DNA from: a phage
Reading direction: 5' to 3' (one strand)
Sequence record: PV467749.1
Length of the DNA: 64,000 bases
Both the position numbers and the translations under genes were made by a program. Of this stretch, positions 37,668-47,333 are shown piece after piece (within the stretch, counting starts at the first letter, position 1; every line of letters begins with the position of its first letter). The notes below the pieces were generated by a model, which did not search any database, was not told the DNA's origin, and saw only the letters and a program-made list of their open reading frames with translations.

Positions 37668-37883
37668 TCACACTGCCGCTCCTAATAGGTCGGTAGCTTT
37701 CTTCAGTACTACGTCAATTGTTTCCAGTACTGCACCTTTGTGTTCAATTGATACAATATTATTATAAGTATCAAGGTCCAAGTACTCCATGTATTCAGTT
37801 TTGAATACACGAACATCAGTACTAGTGATTTTAATATCACAACCTTTATCCCAAATAACCTGCATCATTTCATTGGTAGTCAT
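37668..37883 (-). CDS. Hypothetical protein
   Basis: 71-aa ORF. Confidence 0.5.
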   Translation of the reverse strand: MTTNEMMQVIWDKGCDIKITSTDVRVFKTEYMEYLDLDTYNNIVSIEHKGAVLETIDVVLKKATDLLGAAV

Positions 37884-38158
37884 TATTCAACCTTATCATA
37901 AACAAGTTTGTGTGTGCTTAGTACTTTGTTGAGATGTCCAGGGCATTCATATACATACAATCTCTCCTGACGTTTTTCCCAACCACCACAGATACGACCT
38001 GATTGTGTACATACCTCATACTCGTTAATAAAAGACTTACCTGTGAATGTACAATCCTGACGAACTAAGTCTTTTGCACTAAACCTGCCGTCATCATTAC
38101 ATGCTGTAAGAAACATTGTACAGAATACAAAGACAACTGTCAATAGTTTTTTAATCAT
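37883..38158 (-). CDS. Putative lipoprotein
   Basis: 91 aa. Signal peptide with lipobox MIKKLLTVVFVFCTMFLTAC. Confidence 0.6.
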   Translation of the reverse strand: MIKKLLTVVFVFCTMFLTACNDDGRFSAKDLVRQDCTFTGKSFINEYEVCTQSGRICGGWEKRQERLYVYECPGHLNKVLSTHKLVYDKVE

Positions 38159-38523
38159 TGAACATCACCCCAACGGAAACCTTTCATATAATTCAAATTC
38201 ACCTCAACGAGTTCATGTGTTTTTGTGCACCAAATGGAGAGAGTTTTTGTAACATCACCAGGTTCAGATTCATAATTCACACAATAACCTTCAATGCGTA
38301 GAGTTTTGTTAGTCCAATGTTCCCACTCAATCCAAATTTCATTTGGATAATAAACCATATCTTCTTTGAACGTATGGAATTGATCCATTGGTAAATGACC
38401 TTTAACTTCAATTACTTCAGCACTTCGAGCCAGTTTTTCAAGCTTGTACTTTATTTCAGCAAGATATTCTTCATCATTCAGACGAGTTAATAAATCTGTT
38501 GCACGGGTTGTATCAAGGCTCAT
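38155..38523 (-). CDS. Hypothetical protein
   Basis: 122-aa ORF. Confidence 0.55.
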   Translation of the reverse strand: MSLDTTRATDLLTRLNDEEYLAEIKYKLEKLARSAEVIEVKGHLPMDQFHTFKEDMVYYPNEIWIEWEHWTNKTLRIEGYCVNYESEPGDVTKTLSIWCTKTHELVEVNLNYMKGFRWGDVQ

Positions 38524-38771
38524 TGTTGTACTCCATTAATCACTGAAGTATTGATTCGTGTTTTACCGCTGCTGTATCCAGTACTGGTATTTGCATTAGG
38601 GCAATAAACTGTATACAAGGTTACACCAGCACCGTCCTTTTGCATACGATAAATCTTACATCCTGCTTCTTGTAATTCAATAGGGAGAATAAAATCACTT
38701 GTGCGTTCTTTTGTTGAAGCGTCACATGCAGTGAGTAAAAATGCAACGAGTACTGCTACGATATATTTCAT
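38520..38771 (-). CDS. Putative lipoprotein
   Basis: 83 aa. Signal peptide with lipobox MKYIVAVLVAFLLTAC. Confidence 0.6.
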   Translation of the reverse strand: MKYIVAVLVAFLLTACDASTKERTSDFILPIELQEAGCKIYRMQKDGAGVTLYTVYCPNANTSTGYSSGKTRINTSVINGVQQ

Positions 38772-39079
38772 TAACGAACCTCCACTTCTTGAGAAAGAGC
38801 ATGAGTCAGTGCATTTGAATTCGAACTATTCATTTCACGCTGACATACAAACATAATGGCATCTTGTACTGAACCTGCGATTTCATACTCACGACCTTCT
38901 GGATCAGTTACCAGATGTTCAACGATACAACCACCACGCAGTACAGAAGCACCAGTACTTACACTAATCCTGTAACCTAAAAAATCAAACTGCATACATG
39001 CGTCAGTAGGTTTCATCCAATAACCGCTGTTTTGATTCAAATCGATGATTACAAAACCTTGAGTGTTAGTTTGAAACAT
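38771..39079 (-). CDS. Hypothetical protein
   Basis: 102-aa ORF. Confidence 0.55.
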   Translation of the reverse strand: MFQTNTQGFVIIDLNQNSGYWMKPTDACMQFDFLGYRISVSTGASVLRGGCIVEHLVTDPEGREYEIAGSVQDAIMFVCQREMNSSNSNALTHALSQEVEVR

Positions 39080-39296
39080 AGTTAATTCCTCATTTAATTT
39101 AAAAGGGTGGAAACGCAGTGACGAGTACGATTATGCTGTCTTTCCTTTCACTGCATTCCCTTTGATATAAACATTATACAGTACTGATATCTTATGTCAA
39201 GTATTAATCACCAAAAATCATCAGATACCCAAACCAACCCACACAGACGACTAAGCTAACAATACCAAAGACAATCTCTAAAGTCATGTTGCATCC

Positions 39297-39497
39297 TTAA
39301 TCAATGATTTTATATTCACGATGACCATAGAATCCAGCCTCAAGGATGCGATTACCATCAGCATCTTCCAAATCCCACCCACGGGATGTTTCGGCAATAA
39401 TAGTCATGATGTGACCTCTTGGGAAAATTCCACTCATGGTGGATACATCTTCAAGTAATTGAACCTTCTTACCAACATTTGTATTTGATTTAAACAT
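39297..39497 (-). CDS. Hypothetical protein
   Basis: 66-aa ORF. Confidence 0.45.
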   Translation of the reverse strand: MFKSNTNVGKKVQLLEDVSTMSGIFPRGHIMTIIAETSRGWDLEDADGNRILEAGFYGHREYKIID

Positions 39498-39506
39498 ACT
39501 TTACCC

Positions 39507-39689
39507 TTATTCGTTGATTACGTCAAGTACTTTGTCCAGTTTCTTACCAATACTATCCTTTGGTTTCTCACCATTCTGGAATACATTAGTACTGCAATAC
39601 TCAGGACGGGTATTAGGGAACTTCTCGTTCATCCAGGAGTGACCATATACACCAAGAATGATACCTACGATAAGAATGATGATTTGCAT
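39507..39689 (-). CDS. Small protein with N-terminal TM segment
   Basis: 60-aa ORF. Confidence 0.45.
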   Translation of the reverse strand: MQIIILIVGIILGVYGHSWMNEKFPNTRPEYCSTNVFQNGEKPKDSIGKKLDKVLDVINE

Positions 39690-39703
39690 GATATATCCTC
39701 TAA

Positions 39704-40498
39704 TTAAATTACATATGGTTTATAGTAATGAATCTCGTTTGATATTGCAGCGAAGACTTTGTTATTAAATCTTTCACCATAATCACGAAGAGATTCACCT
39801 TCTTCGCTTTCAATAAAGTAATTATATACTGGTAGACGTGCGGTGTCAACACCTATAAATGATTTCATGTAAATTTGTACTAAACGATTCATTCCTTCAT
39901 TTAAGCATTGCACCTCAAAGTGCTTGATACCTTTGTCTAAATGTTTGAATGCATTAATGATACCACGTTTAAAATCACGCTGCATAGTACTGAATAGATT
40001 CTCAGGGAACACTGTAATAGGTGACATTGATTTAAGAATGTATGTATCTTTAGCATTCTTAATATACTCAATGAAGCAGTAGTTAACGTCAGGCTCGATA
40101 GAACGATCAGCGTTATGATACCAGTACTTAAACTCACTGTACTCAGCAAACTTATGCTGGCGTAATGCGTTACAATCCTCACACAGTGCAGTCATGTTCT
40201 CTTTATCATTGCCACCCTGGAGACAGTCCAGTACATTATGGTCTAACGTCATGCGTACAAGGCGTTTACCTTTAAGTACATAAGGTCTGAATTTATAACG
40301 GTCTTTAGTACTGTGCTTATGTAAAGTGAATACCACATTGGATTCACCACAACAATCACATTTAAAGCCATCGCGTGACATTACATGAATGAGTTTTCGA
40401 GTATTTGGGCCGAACTCAGATTTAGTAATGTTGCCAACAATTTCTGATGGGTCGTAGTATTTTGAATTCCGGCGAATCAATTCATCTATAGTGCTCAT
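39704..40498 (-). CDS. HNH homing-endonuclease-like protein
   Basis: Cys cluster DGFKCDCCGES and HNH core RMTLDHNVLDCLQGGNDKENMTALCEDCN. The start is placed at the internal Met (MSTIDELIRRN) to avoid an 89-nt overlap. The ORF-track start is 40588. Confidence 0.7.
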   Translation of the reverse strand: MSTIDELIRRNSKYYDPSEIVGNITKSEFGPNTRKLIHVMSRDGFKCDCCGESNVVFTLHKHSTKDRYKFRPYVLKGKRLVRMTLDHNVLDCLQGGNDKENMTALCEDCNALRQHKFAEYSEFKYWYHNADRSIEPDVNYCFIEYIKNAKDTYILKSMSPITVFPENLFSTMQRDFKRGIINAFKHLDKGIKHFEVQCLNEGMNRLVQIYMKSFIGVDTARLPVYNYFIESEEGESLRDYGERFNNKVFAAISNEIHYYKPYVI

Positions 40499-40499
40499 T

Positions 40500-40727
40500 T
40501 TATATTTCTCCAGCAAGACACTCAAAAGTGACTTTTTTAACTTCGATAACTCGTACCAAATAGTATCCATGAAAGAAATTAAAACCAATCATTTGTGATA
40601 ATGCATCTGCTTCAGATTTTGCACGGATACATGATAGATATAGTTCTCGTATATCGCCATCCAACGATGCTTGTTTCTCGTCATTGATAACAATAGAACG
40701 AATCTCAAAACGAACACCATAACTCAT
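40500..40727 (-). CDS. Hypothetical protein
   Basis: 75-aa ORF. Confidence 0.45.
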   Translation of the reverse strand: MSYGVRFEIRSIVINDEKQASLDGDIRELYLSCIRAKSEADALSQMIGFNFFHGYYLVRVIEVKKVTFECLAGEI

Positions 40728-40933
40728 TCTGTTTGTCCAACAATTAGTTTCTCTTTAGTATTACTATTATAACACCACATTAATTCTTCACCAACTGTTC
40801 TAAGTGAAACGCTGTTTACTTGTTCATATGTACTGTCACGTACTGCAATACATTGATTCATTGAATTCATTGGGGTGATTTGTACACCAGATTGTGGTGA
40901 AAGAGCAATAATTAAAAAGATTACTGAATTCAT
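40724..40933 (-). CDS. Small protein with signal-like N-terminus
   Basis: 69-aa ORF. Confidence 0.45.
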   Translation of the reverse strand: MNSVIFLIIALSPQSGVQITPMNSMNQCIAVRDSTYEQVNSVSLRTVGEELMWCYNSNTKEKLIVGQTE

Positions 40934-40979
40934 TAGATATTCCTCGATGGTTAATCATCCATCTCTTCGAGATGTCTGT

Positions 40980-41560
40980 TCGCTTCTAATACTACGTATT
41001 CTACGCGAATGAATCATAACTGTCAAGGACTTTTAATATTGACGGGATTTGAGGAAGGGATTTTTCTTCCCCCCGCACGGAGGGAAATTTGACGCTGATG
41101 GTATCAGAGCTATTGCATTGAAGATTACTCATAACGAGTGCGAAAGCGGGTCATCCTGTTTCTCTCTACTTCAGTTTCATATGACGGTCTACACTTTTAA
41201 ACATAGTGTATCTTCATTAAGTATCTATGCAATCAAATACTTAATGTGAGTACTCAAATTTTGGACGCAACTTTCCTGTACAAAATTCGATAACTCTCCC
41301 TTAGATAATTCGTAAGGTGTTATCCTTATATGTCTATCGAGGAACCACCAGCTATCCTAACGTGGTTCTTTATACAGCCGCATTGCCGTGAGGGGTTCAA
41401 ACTATGCCCACATCTAACGGGTTTCTTTTGCTGTTCGCTACAATGAAAAGCTCATCTATCCTTTACATTTTCAAGTGAAGTAGGGGAAGATTGTCAGTAC
41501 CAGTACTGTCATTGTGATTGTACATAGATCATTGTATCACCATTAATAAATTTGTCCCAT
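40980..41560. ncRNA. Long ORF-free structured region (candidate ncRNA / regulatory element), strand undetermined
   Basis: About 580 nt without a credible ORF, in an otherwise gap-free genome. It contains strong local hairpins (ggaaccaccagctatcctaacgtggttc; ttcttccccccgcacggagggaa). Confidence 0.35.
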
Positions 41561-41566
41561 AAAAAA

Positions 41567-41587
41567 AGGCTGACCGAAGTCAACCCT
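41567..41587 (-). terminator. UUCG-hairpin terminator (copy 7) downstream of sigma-factor gene
   Basis: aaaaaaaggctgaccgaagtcaaccc ttt, immediately 3' of the stop at 41594. Confidence 0.75.
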
Positions 41588-41593
41588 TTAATC

Positions 41594-42559
41594 TTAAAAA
41601 TCTTCGAACTCATAACCTTTTGTCTTAACCATCTTACGCAGTCGTTCCATTGCTTCAGAGTACTTACGGTGCAATGAAGAACGAGCAGTCATGACCTTAC
41701 CCTTCTCATCTTCAAAACCACTCTCAATGATTTCTCGTAGCGTTTCTGGTTCAGAATAAGAACCAATACCATGTACACGTTCAATCAATTCACGGTCTTT
41801 GGCAGATAGGTTACTCATCATTTCTGCAATACTTTGTACCAGTGGGGTACTGACAGTTTCTACGCCTAAGTTGTAATCAGGTTCAACTGAAGTAACAATG
41901 TCAGATAATGTACTTTCTGAATCATTACTCATTTTCATATTCAATGCTACATAAGTGTTATTGTAAGTTAGACAATTCTTAACGTGTTGAATCTCAATAC
42001 CAGTCTCTTTTGACACCATCTCAGGAGTTGGGTATTTACCATGTTTCCTTTGATACTCTTCTACACAACGTTTCACATAAATGTTATTAACACTCATATA
42101 ACGTGGGAAATGCACTAGATAATTAGCATCCGCACTTTCGTTATAGATTGTCATGTACACAGTTGTTGTTGCATATGTAATGAACTTAACATTTTTGGTA
42201 GTGTCGAACGTATGAATTGCTCGCATTAAACCTTCAACACCATAAGAAATCTTATCTTCAAATGGGATAAAACATGTACACTTACGTGCAACACTTACTA
42301 CCATTGGATAGTTGTAGCGAACCAAAAGGTCAATGTTCTTTTCAACGTCAATACCATCACGCACTGCTTGGATGAGCATTTCATTCGTTATCCCTTTAGG
42401 GCGAGTTAAGCTGATACCTGTTTTTGGTTTCTCAAACTTGTGACCGTCATGTTCTTCTTCTTCGACGGAATCAAGAGCCTCTAATACGTTGACTTCTTCA
42501 CTAGCAAAACACTCATCCAGTACTTCTTCAGAAATTGCATTTAAATCAAGCTTTTTCAC
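41594..42559 (-). CDS. Sigma-70 family RNA polymerase sigma factor (phage-encoded)
   Basis: 321 aa. Region-2-like segment KFITYATTTVYMTIYNESADANYLVHFPRYM. Region-4-like HTH LSAKDRELIERVHGIGSYSEPETLREIIE. Confidence 0.7.
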   Translation of the reverse strand: MKKLDLNAISEEVLDECFASEEVNVLEALDSVEEEEHDGHKFEKPKTGISLTRPKGITNEMLIQAVRDGIDVEKNIDLLVRYNYPMVVSVARKCTCFIPFEDKISYGVEGLMRAIHTFDTTKNVKFITYATTTVYMTIYNESADANYLVHFPRYMSVNNIYVKRCVEEYQRKHGKYPTPEMVSKETGIEIQHVKNCLTYNNTYVALNMKMSNDSESTLSDIVTSVEPDYNLGVETVSTPLVQSIAEMMSNLSAKDRELIERVHGIGSYSEPETLREIIESGFEDEKGKVMTARSSLHRKYSEAMERLRKMVKTKGYEFEDF

Positions 42560-42581
42560 TTACTTCTCCTAATGAATGAAA

Positions 42582-43079
42582 TCAAAAACGGTATACATTA
42601 ATATTATCATCGGTATAGATATCATGGTTATGAACATCCATGAAGGTATCAAATACCTTATCAAGAAGAGTATTATACTCTTCATGTACTGCTGCATCAA
42701 GCATGTATTCACCACCACTACCCATAAAGAATGTATAATCATTATGGAGATAATCAATCTTCTTGGTAAACTTACCCTTATTAACGATTAAGTGAATGAT
42801 GTAATCTTTTGACACAAGAACACAGTGACAACTCGCCTTGCGGTCTGGTATCACAGTCTCTTGTGAAATCAAGTATCTCAGTACTTTGTTAATTTCACTA
42901 ACTTCACCGCAAGCACTAAACAGTCGGTCGTGTACATACAATGTTTTTTGTGAAACTACACCATAACTAAGTTTTGGTTTCAACGGGAATAGGTTCAAAA
43001 ATGAACGTTGCTCAGTTGATGTCACTTTTGAATCAGTAAGTAATACTCCCAAGCGTTTATCAATATAAACAGTCGTCAT
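42582..43079 (-). CDS. Hypothetical protein
   Basis: 165-aa ORF. Confidence 0.6.
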   Translation of the reverse strand: MTTVYIDKRLGVLLTDSKVTSTEQRSFLNLFPLKPKLSYGVVSQKTLYVHDRLFSACGEVSEINKVLRYLISQETVIPDRKASCHCVLVSKDYIIHLIVNKGKFTKKIDYLHNDYTFFMGSGGEYMLDAAVHEEYNTLLDKVFDTFMDVHNHDIYTDDNINVYRF

Positions 43080-43080
43080 A

Positions 43081-43500
43081 TTAAACCTTATCTAAAAATT
43101 TATCATAGATATAAAATTCTTTATCGTTGAATACATTAATTCTAGTATCGAAGCGTTGTAGTGTATTCATGTATAATGTTCTTTTTAAATAAAAATACAA
43201 TGCAACAAATTCAGATATATGCATATTCTTTTTATTATTACATAAATTCTTTAGCATTTCAATGCTATCAAAATCATCTTTATCATACCTATACTGGTAA
43301 AAATTATATCTATTGAACTGACACTCATAGATACGAAGTGCCATTATGTCAATACATGCTTTAGATTTACAGTACTTATTCAATACGTCATAATCACCCA
43401 CACATAATGCTACGAAGATTTTATGTGCAAGTGTTGCTTTGCCTTCAATCGTATAATAGCCAAAAAATTTAATGATTAAGTAATGTATAAATCTAAGCAT
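43081..43500 (-). CDS. Hypothetical protein
   Basis: 139-aa ORF. Confidence 0.6.
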   Translation of the reverse strand: MLRFIHYLIIKFFGYYTIEGKATLAHKIFVALCVGDYDVLNKYCKSKACIDIMALRIYECQFNRYNFYQYRYDKDDFDSIEMLKNLCNNKKNMHISEFVALYFYLKRTLYMNTLQRFDTRINVFNDKEFYIYDKFLDKV

Positions 43501-43505
43501 TGGAT

Positions 43506-43766
43506 TTAGAATTTCTCCGAAATTACAAGTGTATCATCATAGTCATCAGCAACGGAGTTCAGTACTTCCAAATTACTTTCACCAGAAATACTTTGTACTT
43601 CGTTCAAAAGATAGTTTAGATCAACTTTAGTTACTTTTTCTGAATCAAACACACAGAAAGTCAATTCAGCGTTTGGACAGATCTTCTTCAGATTATCAGC
43701 AACAACTTGTTTGAAGTTAAAAGATGGGGAAGCAACCAGGTTAACTGCAACGAGAATAGATTTCAT
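43506..43766 (-). CDS. Hypothetical protein
   Basis: 86-aa ORF. Confidence 0.5.
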   Translation of the reverse strand: MKSILVAVNLVASPSFNFKQVVADNLKKICPNAELTFCVFDSEKVTKVDLNYLLNEVQSISGESNLEVLNSVADDYDDTLVISEKF

Positions 43767-43840
43767 AATGTTTTCCTTTTTAGCTGATAATTAAATTAGG
43801 AGCACATTGTACTCCATGTTATTGGTTAAGTCAAATACTT

Positions 43841-44092
43841 TTAGATACCGAGTACTGAATTCAATTCTTTACGCTTGTTATATGAATCAGATTCAAACTT
43901 ACTTTTCTTATTGAAAAGGGATTCGATATCCTTATAGATAGCTTCGATGGATTTAGTTACAACCCATTCGGATTCCTGAAGCATAGCTTGAAGACGTGCG
44001 TACTCAACTTTGATAGTACTGCGAAGTTCTTCACAAGCTTCTTCGTTCTTAATTAGTGCTTCACTAAGTTCTTTGACCTTATCGATGTTCAT
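43841..44092 (-). CDS. Hypothetical protein
   Basis: 83-aa ORF, coiled-coil-like. Confidence 0.5.
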   Translation of the reverse strand: MNIDKVKELSEALIKNEEACEELRSTIKVEYARLQAMLQESEWVVTKSIEAIYKDIESLFNKKSKFESDSYNKRKELNSVLGI

Positions 44093-44151
44093 AAGTTCCT
44101 TACCATTTCCCAGTTTTGATGTAATAATTATATATGACTCAATAACTCACG

Positions 44152-44577
44152 TCAACTGTTTTCCGTACCTTTCTCTGCCATTTTGGTGATGTGCCATTTG
44201 AGTACTGATTTGTGTACCATAAAAAATGTGAATGCAAAGACTGTAATGGCTGCTGAAGTAACACTATTAGATAAAGACCCAAGTTGGATGTTAGTACCTA
44301 AAATAACAATAAATGGATACAACACAATCAATCTACTGTAAGGTTCGTCTCCAGTATCACGGATAAATCCCAGCCTTTCATGATCAGTATCCATAGTGAC
44401 AATTGGACAGAACATAAGTGCAGACATAACAGCAATACCAATTTGTGCTACATTGGCAATTGTAAACCACAAAGGATTTAAACCATATGAAATGTTGTTT
44501 TCAGTACAGTAATATCCAAATGTATTGATTGCACAAACTAAAAATACAAAAATACAAATCTTATTGTATCCCCTCAT
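44152..44577 (-). CDS. Membrane protein
   Basis: 141 aa with 4 TM helices. Confidence 0.6.
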   Translation of the reverse strand: MRGYNKICIFVFLVCAINTFGYYCTENNISYGLNPLWFTIANVAQIGIAVMSALMFCPIVTMDTDHERLGFIRDTGDEPYSRLIVLYPFIVILGTNIQLGSLSNSVTSAAITVFAFTFFMVHKSVLKWHITKMAEKGTENS

Positions 44578-45011
44578 TTGTTTAGCTCCGTTAATTTTCG
44601 TTTAACTTCAAGATCATAATACTCATCAGCATATGAGTTTTGAACAGTTCTTGTATATTCCAACATAACAAACATAGAACCACACACCCACAGATAAGTA
44701 TAGTAATCAAATACAAAAGCATAGATAATACATGGTATTAAAATAAATGTAAACACAAAACTATATCTCTTAGTACCGAATACTTTAACAAAAAGCTGAC
44801 GGCGGCAATCACGTGCAAATGTATGAATACATATAGAAAATATAATCAATGAATACCATGAAATGCCCTGGATTACACCTGAAACATTTACAAGTTTATG
44901 TCCGTCTGGAAACCCCAGTGCATTAAGCACTGGAGCCATCACCCAACCAATAATAGCAATAAGAAATAGATACTTTGCATTGCTAAGTGTGAACATTATT
45001 TCAGTCCCCAT
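44574..45011 (-). CDS. Membrane protein
   Basis: 145 aa with 4 TM helices. Confidence 0.6.
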   Translation of the reverse strand: MGTEIMFTLSNAKYLFLIAIIGWVMAPVLNALGFPDGHKLVNVSGVIQGISWYSLIIFSICIHTFARDCRRQLFVKVFGTKRYSFVFTFILIPCIIYAFVFDYYTYLWVCGSMFVMLEYTRTVQNSYADEYYDLEVKRKLTELNK

Positions 45012-45454
45012 GCCTTTTTAATAGCATCCACTGCGTTCTGGTCTACGACTTCCTGTTTAGTAGCACTGGTTTGTAGTTTATCAATTACATAGTTCTTAGC
45101 ATCTTTTTCAATCATAAACTTACCATCAACTAAACACCCAAATACTTTAGAGTTACGTGCTGGGTATGTCCCGATTTCATCAAGAGTACGAACTTTCTTA
45201 TCAACTACAATTGCTTTGATGTAACCAGTTTCCAGTACTGTAGTGATGACAGTCATTTCGATTGCAATTGGTGACTCTTCCCAGAATGCAATCCACTTGG
45301 TGAAGCTGCGGTCCGGTGAATCTTTTGTTGGCTTCAGTTTAATTGCACTGTTGAAAATGTACTGCTTGAATCCATCTTCAACCACTTCACTGATACTTAG
45401 GTAACCTTCGCGTTCTTCTGCGTTGCGTTTGAATTGAGTAGCTAATACGTCCAT
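44996..45454 (-). CDS. Hypothetical protein
   Basis: 152-aa ORF. Confidence 0.6.
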   Translation of the reverse strand: MDVLATQFKRNAEEREGYLSISEVVEDGFKQYIFNSAIKLKPTKDSPDRSFTKWIAFWEESPIAIEMTVITTVLETGYIKAIVVDKKVRTLDEIGTYPARNSKVFGCLVDGKFMIEKDAKNYVIDKLQTSATKQEVVDQNAVDAIKKAWGLK

Positions 45455-45507
45455 CGTTAATTCCTCTTGTCAGTTATTGCGGTACGAAGCTATTATACTG
45501 CCATTTA

Positions 45508-45951
45508 CTATTTGGAGTCAACACATTTCAACAAGTATTTTTCTATGTATCTTATATGTGATGGTGGTAACAGTAAGTTTTCGTATCTAACCCTGTACAC
45601 ACTACAATCGCCTAGATGAAAGTGACTGGTAGGATACAAGTCAGTTCTAATACTAACACGTTTACGATTATCAGTAAAGTTAATTAATGATTTTGGATTG
45701 TTATTAGCATGAGTTCTTACAAAGTATTCAATTTCATTGAGTGCTTTTTCGTCGTATACATACTTGTCAAACACACCTAGTGTAAAGTACCTTGGATGGT
45801 ACATATATGAGAATAACAATGCAGGAATATACTTCTTTATCCCTTCGTGTTTTGCAATAGCTGAAGCATATGCAAAATGTGATGCATCAGAGAAGATGTT
45901 AAGAAAAATGAAATATGACACTAATAAACCTAGAATCAGCAAAAGTGTCAT
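45508..45951 (-). CDS. Hypothetical protein with N-terminal TM/signal segment
   Basis: 147-aa ORF. Confidence 0.55.
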   Translation of the reverse strand: MTLLLILGLLVSYFIFLNIFSDASHFAYASAIAKHEGIKKYIPALLFSYMYHPRYFTLGVFDKYVYDEKALNEIEYFVRTHANNNPKSLINFTDNRKRVSIRTDLYPTSHFHLGDCSVYRVRYENLLLPPSHIRYIEKYLLKCVDSK

Positions 45952-46412
45952 TCAAAACCTCTGTATTTTTCATATACTTCAACACATTCCATGATCTTGT
46001 CATCATCGGTCATGTCATAACCCTGAAGAAATTCTTCTTTATCAACCTTAGCAGCCATCATGTCATCATCCGAGATCCTCGAATCATAGAATGTGTACAT
46101 ATCTTTATAGTACTGCTTGTTGTGCTGTTCATCCTTAACCTTAGCATACCCAGCACAAAACGATGGCGATTTGACTACATTCCATTTATGCTTTTTGATA
46201 GGCTTATCATTAGCATGTTTTTCACGGTATTGCTGGCGGTAACGTTCACGCATCTCAGGCATGTATTCTTCAGCAGTACGTTTTGGTTGGGCTTTCCCTG
46301 TTCCAATCGTCTTGATTGTTTGACGCTGGTCTTCCGCATGTACTGGTGCAACAAAGCAGGAAGTACTGAATACAACAGCAGTGATTACTAGAAAGTGTTT
46401 AAACATAATCAA
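45948..46412 (-). CDS. Secreted protein
   Basis: 154 aa. Signal peptide MIMFKHFLVITAVVFSTSCFVAPVHA. Confidence 0.6.
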   Translation of the reverse strand: MIMFKHFLVITAVVFSTSCFVAPVHAEDQRQTIKTIGTGKAQPKRTAEEYMPEMRERYRQQYREKHANDKPIKKHKWNVVKSPSFCAGYAKVKDEQHNKQYYKDMYTFYDSRISDDDMMAAKVDKEEFLQGYDMTDDDKIMECVEVYEKYRGFE

Positions 46413-46636
46413 ACCTCTTTTACAATAATGTCGATTTGCACAGGAATAGCAATCTCACTGTTGCATGAATAAACATCTGCACAGTACTCAATATCTAGTA
46501 CTTCATAGTATTTTTCAAAGCCACAGATTGTAAGATTCAACGTAGCACCAATAGCTGGCAATACGGGAAAGGATAAAAATGCAATTTTAGAATTAAATTC
46601 TTCATTAATATCTTGATATACAGTGGCAGTAATCAT
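46409..46636 (-). CDS. Hypothetical protein
   Basis: 75-aa ORF. Confidence 0.5.
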   Translation of the reverse strand: MITATVYQDINEEFNSKIAFLSFPVLPAIGATLNLTICGFEKYYEVLDIEYCADVYSCNSEIAIPVQIDIIVKEV

Positions 46637-47217
46637 AATGGTAACTCCTGAAGTGGTTTAATAATACTCAGTACTGGGTGATTTTCAATCATTGGTCGCC
46701 CTGGTACACCTGTTAGCACAACTGGAATCGAACTAATGTCTTTTACATAGTTGAATCCCTCAAATGTGAATTCTTGCTTTTTCTCATTATACAATACCCA
46801 CAGAATAACGTCAGCTTTTTTCTGTATATTTTTTAACTGTCGAGTACTAACACATGGACCAAAGTCTGTCCACGATTTGTACTTGATGCCTTTCACTTCA
46901 ATTCTTAAGTTGTTTACTTTGATATCACATTCACCATCACGACCATCACTTTGGAACGCTGGATCGATGTTAAGTGCAATACCTGAATAGTTTTCAATTT
47001 CATTAAAAAGTACAAATGAAGCATGTTCACATACCATACCAACAAAATGACTGTGAGCGTGATTAAACCCATACGGCGATTTACTTGCAGGTGCAAGAAT
47101 TTTATATCGTTCGGATTTCTCAATTGCTTTAGCCATAAAAGAATCAGCTTCATCTTTGTATAGCTTAACAGTCATTTTACCATTTTTCAGTACTAAACGT
47201 TTTTCTACAACACTCAT
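46633..47217 (-). CDS. Hypothetical protein, possible PD-(D/E)xK-like nuclease motif
   Basis: 194 aa. Contains DGRDGECDIKVNNLRIEVKGIKY (a D...EVK arrangement). The motif call is weak. Confidence 0.55.
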   Translation of the reverse strand: MSVVEKRLVLKNGKMTVKLYKDEADSFMAKAIEKSERYKILAPASKSPYGFNHAHSHFVGMVCEHASFVLFNEIENYSGIALNIDPAFQSDGRDGECDIKVNNLRIEVKGIKYKSWTDFGPCVSTRQLKNIQKKADVILWVLYNEKKQEFTFEGFNYVKDISSIPVVLTGVPGRPMIENHPVLSIIKPLQELPL

Positions 47218-47333
47218 AAAATCCCCTTATTGATATTCCATTTAAGTATACGTCAAAAACACAACTCAGTCAAGGTGCTTTTTTACCTATCTAGAATAAA
47301 TACGTTATAATAATTATACCAATGGAGGGATGA

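Noticed and set aside
41049-41249. 66-aa plus-strand ORF inside the 580-nt noncoding region
   Set aside because: It has no SD and sits antisense to all neighbours. Its composition is unlike neighbouring proteins. The region is more plausibly non-coding.
40980-41560. Second group I intron in the noncoding region near the sigma gene
   Set aside because: I searched both strands for the P7 hallmark (GACUA/UAGUC) and for R/S-like elements. I found only a weak TCAGAGCTA, with no matching partner strand.
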